From a virus (taxonomy: Duplodnaviria > Caudoviricetes), in the IMG/VR virus record IMGVR_UViG_3300021376_000236, positions 1 to 31,020 of that record: 31,020 nt of DNA; one strand, written 5' to 3'. Each line of letters opens with the position of its first letter. Positions within the stretch are counted from its first letter, which is position 1. The notes under the pieces were generated by a model that worked only from the letters and a program-made list of their open reading frames with translations, did not search any database and was not told the origin of the DNA. Position numbers and translations under genes: made by a program. This document shows, in pieces, positions 27,245 to 31,020 of the stretch.

Positions 27245-27959
27245 CGATAGTAATAGATGGCGCATCATTACACTCAGAGCATCCTTCACGAGTCCAACCA
27301 AGTGCTTCAGATACAGCAGGGAATTGGCAAGTAAAGATGCAACGAACAAGTTCTGCAATTTCCATGTGTTCCTTTTGTGTTCCATGCGAAGAACGAAGAT
27401 CAATATAATGTACCCATGACCTTATTGAACCGGTCATGTAGAGTCTTGTGGGGGTTGCCAAGGGGAGTACAAACCTTGCACACTCCTTTGCCACACCTTT
27501 CTCCAGAAGACGGTTATAGAGTCTCAGACCATGCTCAAAATGAATACGAATGTCTTCAGTCAGAGTCAGTTTCAAATAATCAGGAATATCATCAATTGAG
27601 TTCTGACGATTCTTATCATCCTGACGACGAAGTTCGGGAAGAGGAATGGTCTTATTCAGAAGATTCGTATCAGCATATCGTTGTGAAAACTCTTGATATG
27701 TGAAGGACCTATGACGCAAAATCTGAGCGGCAATTCCACGAGTAGTATTAATCTCTACAGTCATCGTTGCTTGCTCAAAGATACTCCAGTGTTGATGTTG
27801 AATACAATACTTGAGCAATCCAGAGAACTTTTCATTCTCTTGATTTGCAGGATTACTCACTCGTGCACAGTAAGCCATATGCTTTTCTGCATCTGGAGTA
27901 ACACTAATGAGTTTTACTTCTGGTTTCATAAACTCAAATTCAGTCTGGGTATCCATCAT
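27240..27959 (-). CDS. thyX: FAD-dependent thymidylate synthase ThyX
   Basis: HWSIFEQ, RHRSFTYQEFSQRY (RHRX7S), KECARFVLP, LRSSHGTQKEH. Start uncertain (27959, 27956 or 27929). Confidence 0.93.
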   Translation of the reverse strand: MMDTQTEFEFMKPEVKLISVTPDAEKHMAYCARVSNPANQENEKFSGLLKYCIQHQHWSIFEQATMTVEINTTRGIAAQILRHRSFTYQEFSQRYADTNLLNKTIPLPELRRQDDKNRQNSIDDIPDYLKLTLTEDIRIHFEHGLRLYNRLLEKGVAKECARFVLPLATPTRLYMTGSIRSWVHYIDLRSSHGTQKEHMEIAELVRCIFTCQFPAVSEALGWTREGCSECNDAPSITIE

Positions 27960-28110
27960 CGTCCTCAAAGATTTCATCGTAGTCAGCAAGGTGAGGAGCA
28001 ACGTCCTCATAATTTAGGTAGGAATCAGTATCAGAATAAACTTCTGATTTAAGGCAATCAACAAGAGATTCCAGATTCCTGATGATTAGTTTTAGTTTTT
28101 CTTTGTCCAT
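27940..28110 (-). CDS. Small acidic hypothetical protein (56 aa)
   Basis: MDKEKLKLIIRNLESLVDCLKSEVYSD...EDDDGYPD, with a GGAGG Shine-Dalgarno before ATG 28110. Confidence 0.75.
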   Translation of the reverse strand: MDKEKLKLIIRNLESLVDCLKSEVYSDTDSYLNYEDVAPHLADYDEIFEDDDGYPD

Positions 28111-28132
28111 CTTATGAACCTCCACAAAGGTA

Positions 28133-28161
28133 ATTATAAGCAAAAAAAAGAGGGGAGTCAA
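28133..28161 (-). promoter_or_regulatory. Sigma70-type promoter overlapping the terminator
   Basis: TTGACT (28161-28156), 17 nt spacer, TATAAT (28138-28133). Confidence 0.75.
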
Positions 28162-28170
28162 GTCCCCCTC
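28142..28170 (-). terminator. Rho-independent terminator closing the riboswitch/DUF4278 unit
   Basis: GAGGGGG-ACTTGAC-TCCCCTC-TTTTTTTT. Confidence 0.85.
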
Positions 28171-28176
28171 AAAATT

Positions 28177-28275
28177 TTATTTTGCTGCTACTAGAGTAGC
28201 AAGAGATGCTTTACGACGCCTCTCTTCTTTTTGCTTCTGATCTTTAATCAGTTGAAGTTCATTAAGTTTTTTCAT
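28177..28275 (-). CDS. 32-aa basic micro-protein
   Basis: Read by hand: MKKLNELQLIKDQKQKEERRRKASLATLVAAK*. ATGA overlap with the upstream ORF, GAGGG SD-like sequence, stop directly before the terminator. Confidence 0.65.
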   Translation of the reverse strand: MKKLNELQLIKDQKQKEERRRKASLATLVAAK

Positions 28276-28409
28276 TTGTGTCCCTCTTTTACAAACTTAA
28301 CACCACGATAGGTTTCGTTGTATTGTTGGGGTTGCTGCATCATTTGTTGTTGATACTCAAGACGCTTTTGAGTATCATACTCGATGCCACGATATACTAC
28401 TTTAGACAT
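28272..28409 (-). CDS. DUF4278-family micro-protein (45 aa; GifB/IF17-related)
   Basis: Read by hand: MSKVVYRGIEYDTQKRLEYQQQMMQQPQQYNETYRGVKFVKEGHK*. Two YRG(I/V)x(Y/F) motifs and an AAGGAG SD. Confidence 0.8.
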   Translation of the reverse strand: MSKVVYRGIEYDTQKRLEYQQQMMQQPQQYNETYRGVKFVKEGHK

Positions 28410-28440
28410 TAGGGTTCTCCTTAGTTTTTTAGGTTAAAGA

Positions 28441-28536
28441 GCGTTCCTTCAGTCGGCGTTTGCGTTCGCTATTTGCGAATAGCGAATGAACGTTCCGTTC
28501 CGCGTCGGCTTACTTCCGTCCCATAGGGATGAACGT
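28441..28536 (-). ncRNA. Double glnA-type glutamine riboswitch
   Basis: Minus strand ACGTTCA-TCCCTATGGGA-CGGAAGTA-AGCCGACGC-GGAACG-GAA-CGTTCA-TTCGCTATTCGCAAATAGCGAA-CGCAAACGCCGACT-GAAGGAACGC. Carries glnA-motif hallmarks (CGUUCA..P2..CGGAAGUA..GAAGGAACG) and lies in the 5' UTR of a DUF4278 gene. Confidence 0.8.
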
Positions 28537-28542
28537 AAGGTC

Positions 28543-28571
28543 ATTATAGACCTGTTAGTATAGTTATGCAA
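28543..28571 (-). promoter_or_regulatory. Sigma70-type promoter of the riboswitch unit
   Basis: TTGCAT (28571-28566), 17 nt spacer, TATAAT (28548-28543). The predicted TSS (about 28536) coincides with the first aptamer base. Confidence 0.75.
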
Positions 28572-28578
28572 GTAAGTT

Positions 28579-28594
28579 TGTAAAATATGATACA
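28579..28594. promoter_or_regulatory. NtcA-binding site
   Basis: TGTA-AAATATGA-TACA matches the cyanobacterial NtcA consensus tGTA-N8-TACa. Intergenic, immediately upstream of the -35 box. Confidence 0.7.
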
Positions 28595-28596
28595 AT

Positions 28597-28914
28597 TTAA
28601 TCTCTAGTTCTCCAATCTTCAGGTTTATCCTGACTGAAGAAATCTATAATGTCATCTGCTCCACGGAATCCTGTTCTATGATTTGATGGGTCAGGGTCTC
28701 CCAAATCCAATGCATTCATAAAGTCATCAAGACCACCTTCCTGCATATCAGGATTAGCTGCACGGCGTCTTGCTTGTCTTAGAATAGTTGCAGCAGAACG
28801 ATTTGATTTAGCAAGTTTTTCTGCCCAAATCATTTCACTTAACTCTACGGATTCGCCTGTGACAATTCGTTCGCAGATTGCTTCTAGGCGCAAACGATAT
28901 TGAGTAGAGAGCAT
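28597..28914 (-). CDS. Hypothetical cyanophage protein (105 aa)
   Basis: ORF track. GGAG SD and a late promoter ACTAAATA (28935-28942) upstream. Confidence 0.8.
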   Translation of the reverse strand: MLSTQYRLRLEAICERIVTGESVELSEMIWAEKLAKSNRSAATILRQARRRAANPDMQEGGLDDFMNALDLGDPDPSNHRTGFRGADDIIDFFSQDKPEDWRTRD

Positions 28915-28941
28915 AGAATTCTCCAGATATAGTGTATTTAG

Positions 28942-29268
28942 TTAACGCTCAATATAACTCAGAGTATGATTCTGAGCAAAAAGTTGTTGAATGATAATAT
29001 CACATCCAATCTTAGGATTACAATCGCCACAGGTATAAACATCTACTGCTGCTTTACCTTCCTCAGGCCAAGTGTGAATACTAATATGACTTTCTGATAA
29101 CATGCAAATTACAGTGACGCCTTGGGGTTCAAACTTTTTTGATATGGTTTGAACCACTGTAGCACCACTAGCAACTGCAGCGTTTTCTAGTAAATCTATA
29201 AGACAACGCTCGTCGTCCAAAAGAACAAAAGAACATCCATAAAGATTTAAAAGATAATGCTTACCCAT
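28942..29268 (-). CDS. speD: S-adenosylmethionine decarboxylase proenzyme
   Basis: GKH.LLNLYGC, F.PQGVT, LSESHISIHTWPE (self-cleavage site), DVYTCG. Confidence 0.93.
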   Translation of the reverse strand: MGKHYLLNLYGCSFVLLDDERCLIDLLENAAVASGATVVQTISKKFEPQGVTVICMLSESHISIHTWPEEGKAAVDVYTCGDCNPKIGCDIIIQQLFAQNHTLSYIER

Positions 29269-29443
29269 CCTCAGGGTCCCTCAAAAGTTCACTGACAATC
29301 TTCTCAGTTCCATCTAATTTCTTGACAGTGAACATAGGAGACCGCATGTACTTTTTAATCTTCTTATATTTCTTAAGAAGACTTCTTACTTCATCTTTAT
29401 TGATTGATACTTCAATCTTTTCTTCACTAAATCCTTCACTCAT
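29261..29443 (-). CDS. Hypothetical protein (60 aa)
   Basis: ORF track; overlaps both neighbours in the operon. Confidence 0.65.
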   Translation of the reverse strand: MSEGFSEEKIEVSINKDEVRSLLKKYKKIKKYMRSPMFTVKKLDGTEKIVSELLRDPEDG

Positions 29444-29748
29444 CTCTTTTTCTTTTTTTCTGGTGCTTTATATCCCCACAGTTTTGGGTTTACTCTTCCG
29501 TATCCAAAATCAATCTTACGAACTGACCCTGGACCATACTTATCATAATAGAAATCAAATAAATCGACTCTCTTTCTGCAACGAGTTACATCTAAGAAAG
29601 TTTCACCATCCACATTATACCAAATAAGATATGCATCATTTGGAAGTGATGAATCTTTTGCCTGAACCATTGTTGATCTTTCAAAGAGAATCTCACATCC
29701 ATATTCATGGGGCAGATATCTTGTTTTTTCTTTTTTAGATTCTGCCAT
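29440..29748 (-). CDS. Hypothetical protein (about 102 aa)
   Basis: ORF track with the start moved to MAESKK (GGAG SD upstream). FDFYYDKYG...GYGRVNPKLWGY. Confidence 0.75.
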   Translation of the reverse strand: MAESKKEKTRYLPHEYGCEILFERSTMVQAKDSSLPNDAYLIWYNVDGETFLDVTRCRKRVDLFDFYYDKYGPGSVRKIDFGYGRVNPKLWGYKAPEKKKKR

Positions 29749-29768
29749 TTTTCTCTCCGCAACTACAC

Positions 29769-30299
29769 TCACGAACGATTGCCCCACACAATATCAGGAT
29801 ATGCCTTTTGTACGATATCCAGTGAGATATCATATTTATCTTCTAGTTTTTTATCCTTAACGAGAATTAAAACTTCAGCTTCATTTGGATGAAGAGATTC
29901 AAGAATCTGAATAAAGATTGTTTCTCTACGAATCTTGGAAAGAGAATCGTTACCACCTTTCACAAAATTATAGAAATTCTTATAATCTCTACGGAGAGAA
30001 GAGTGATCTACTCCCAAAGGACTTTCATTTGGTTGATAAGGAACTTCACCAGTAGGGAGAAGAGAAATGATACTCTCATCAAAGTTCCAAATCAGAAGAG
30101 TCTTCAGGGCATCATTTGCATACTCTTGAAGTACTTTAATCTTATTTTCTTCGATTTCTTGTTCATGAACAAGATCCAAGATCTCATTCATAAAAGGATT
30201 AGGAGGAAGTTTTTTAATTGATTTAGTGCGAGGAGTAGATTTTGCTGGTGTCTTCCTAGTTCTACTCGTCGTCTTCTTCGTCGTCGTATTCGTAGTCAT
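29769..30299 (-). CDS. Conserved T4-like phage hypothetical protein
   Basis: LIWNFDESIISLLPTGEVPY, RRETIFIQILESLHPNEAEVLILVKDKKL; basic N-terminal tail. Confidence 0.8.
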   Translation of the reverse strand: MTTNTTTKKTTSRTRKTPAKSTPRTKSIKKLPPNPFMNEILDLVHEQEIEENKIKVLQEYANDALKTLLIWNFDESIISLLPTGEVPYQPNESPLGVDHSSLRRDYKNFYNFVKGGNDSLSKIRRETIFIQILESLHPNEAEVLILVKDKKLEDKYDISLDIVQKAYPDIVWGNRS

Positions 30300-30486
30300 T
30301 TTCAAATCTCACTGCTAAAATTTCGTCTGGAATTATGTTTCCATTTTGATCAAACATTTCTGGGTGTGTATATGAGGGATATGAGCTCTCATAGAAATGT
30401 TGCTTGGCCATCCATCCTATTACTCCACCAACAAAAAAGAACATCACTGAAACAAGAGTGCCGATGGTGAGTGTTACTGCTAACAT
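30262..30486 (-). CDS. Small membrane protein
   Basis: N-terminal hydrophobic helix, HPEMFDQNGN motif, acidic tail. Confidence 0.75.
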   Translation of the reverse strand: MLAVTLTIGTLVSVMFFFVGGVIGWMAKQHFYESSYPSYTHPEMFDQNGNIIPDEILAVRFENDYEYDDEEDDE

Positions 30487-30503
30487 TTTTCTTTCTCCGA
30501 GAG

Positions 30504-30710
30504 TTACTTTTTCCGAATGTCCAGATGAAATTCGAATAGTATGTGTATCTCTCGCCGAAAGAGAGAAATCATCTTACCAAATCTCATTTGGAATGTCTTT
30601 GGTTCTTCAGATTTCCTCCTCCGTTTTCTTAACAATAATTCCACACCCCGATTGATCTCGGGTTCAGAGTTATTTAGTTTGCTTTTTGCGTCTCCCTTTC
30701 CTTTTGTCAT
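30504..30710 (-). CDS. Hypothetical protein
   Basis: INRGVELLLRKRRRK...FGKMISLFRREIH. Start uncertain. Confidence 0.6.
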   Translation of the reverse strand: MTKGKGDAKSKLNNSEPEINRGVELLLRKRRRKSEEPKTFQMRFGKMISLFRREIHILFEFHLDIRKK

Positions 30711-31020
30711 AATTATACTTCCATGCATCTTCAAGGATGCCATACAAATAGTTTCTTATTTTTCGTGCCTCTGGTTTAGAGATATGACCATAAGCTTCAC
30801 GAAGTTGTTTATGAATCTCATCAGCACCTCCTTCAAGATAGTCATCAAGATCCATCACAACAGTACTGATGTTTGATGCCGTTGAACTCTCAATAAATTC
30901 TTCAACTTCAAACTTTCGAGCACCCTTTACTTTAAGGTAATCGTAAAATTTTAGCACAAATTTTCCCTGAAATGCATAATCAATTGCTTTTTCAACATCA
31001 TTATAAACTTCGTGAAAATT
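30670..31020 (-). CDS. Hypothetical protein, 5'-truncated by window edge
   Basis: Frame is open from 31020 (NFHEVYNDVEKAIDYAFQGKFVLKFYDYLK...), extending track ORF 30670..30957. Confidence 0.75.
   Translation of the reverse strand, partial: NFHEVYNDVEKAIDYAFQGKFVLKFYDYLKVKGARKFEVEEFIESSTASNISTVVMDLDDYLEGGADEIHKQLREAYGHISKPEARKIRNYLYGILEDAWKYNYDKRKGRRKKQTK

Noticed and set aside
27215-27245. Pho box upstream of the phoH operon
   Set aside because: No convincing tandem Pho-box repeat; only a late-promoter motif.
26969-27403. 144-aa track ORF
   Set aside because: The N-terminal extension overlaps thyX out of frame; the likely start is ATG 27214 behind a late promoter.
27240-27959. Intron or intein in thymidylate synthase, as in T4 td
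   Set aside because: The ORF is continuous, of normal ThyX length, with intact motifs.
28441-28536. tRNA or terminator interpretation of the GC-rich structured region
   Set aside because: No T-loop, cloverleaf or adjacent U tract; the motifs and downstream gene fit the glnA glutamine aptamer.
1-31020. Alternative genetic code or stop-codon recoding
   Set aside because: Core genes translate full-length with the standard bacterial code, and neither tRNA is a suppressor.

Overview
AT-rich fragment of a T4-like cyanophage (cyanomyovirus) genome. The host is inferred from CP12, DUF1825, DUF4278 and PhoH genes and an NtcA box. Left to right it contains: (1) a giant virion/fibre protein of more than 1937 aa that runs off the left edge and is missing from the ORF track; (2) a small cassette behind a sigma70-type promoter with a Mom-like adenine-modification gene, tRNA-Thr(TGT), tRNA-Leu(TAA) and several small ORFs; (3) the baseplate/tail cluster, with gp5 apparently split over several ORFs, CP12, a gp27-like hub, two large peptidoglycan-hydrolase virion proteins, gp51, gp26, gp54-like, gp4, gp2, gp48 and gp53; (4) a replication/metabolism block (gp32, DUF1825, gp59, gp33, exonuclease, phoH, FmdB-like, thyX, speD) and conserved hypotheticals. 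The most interesting element is at 28142-28594 and is invisible in the ORF track. It is a compact candidate nitrogen-sensing unit: a perfect NtcA box, a sigma70 promoter, a double (tandem or nested) glnA-type glutamine riboswitch, a Gln-rich DUF4278 (GifB/IF17-related) micro-protein, a coupled 32-aa peptide and a terminator. All family assignments come from motif recognition by eye; no database searches were run.
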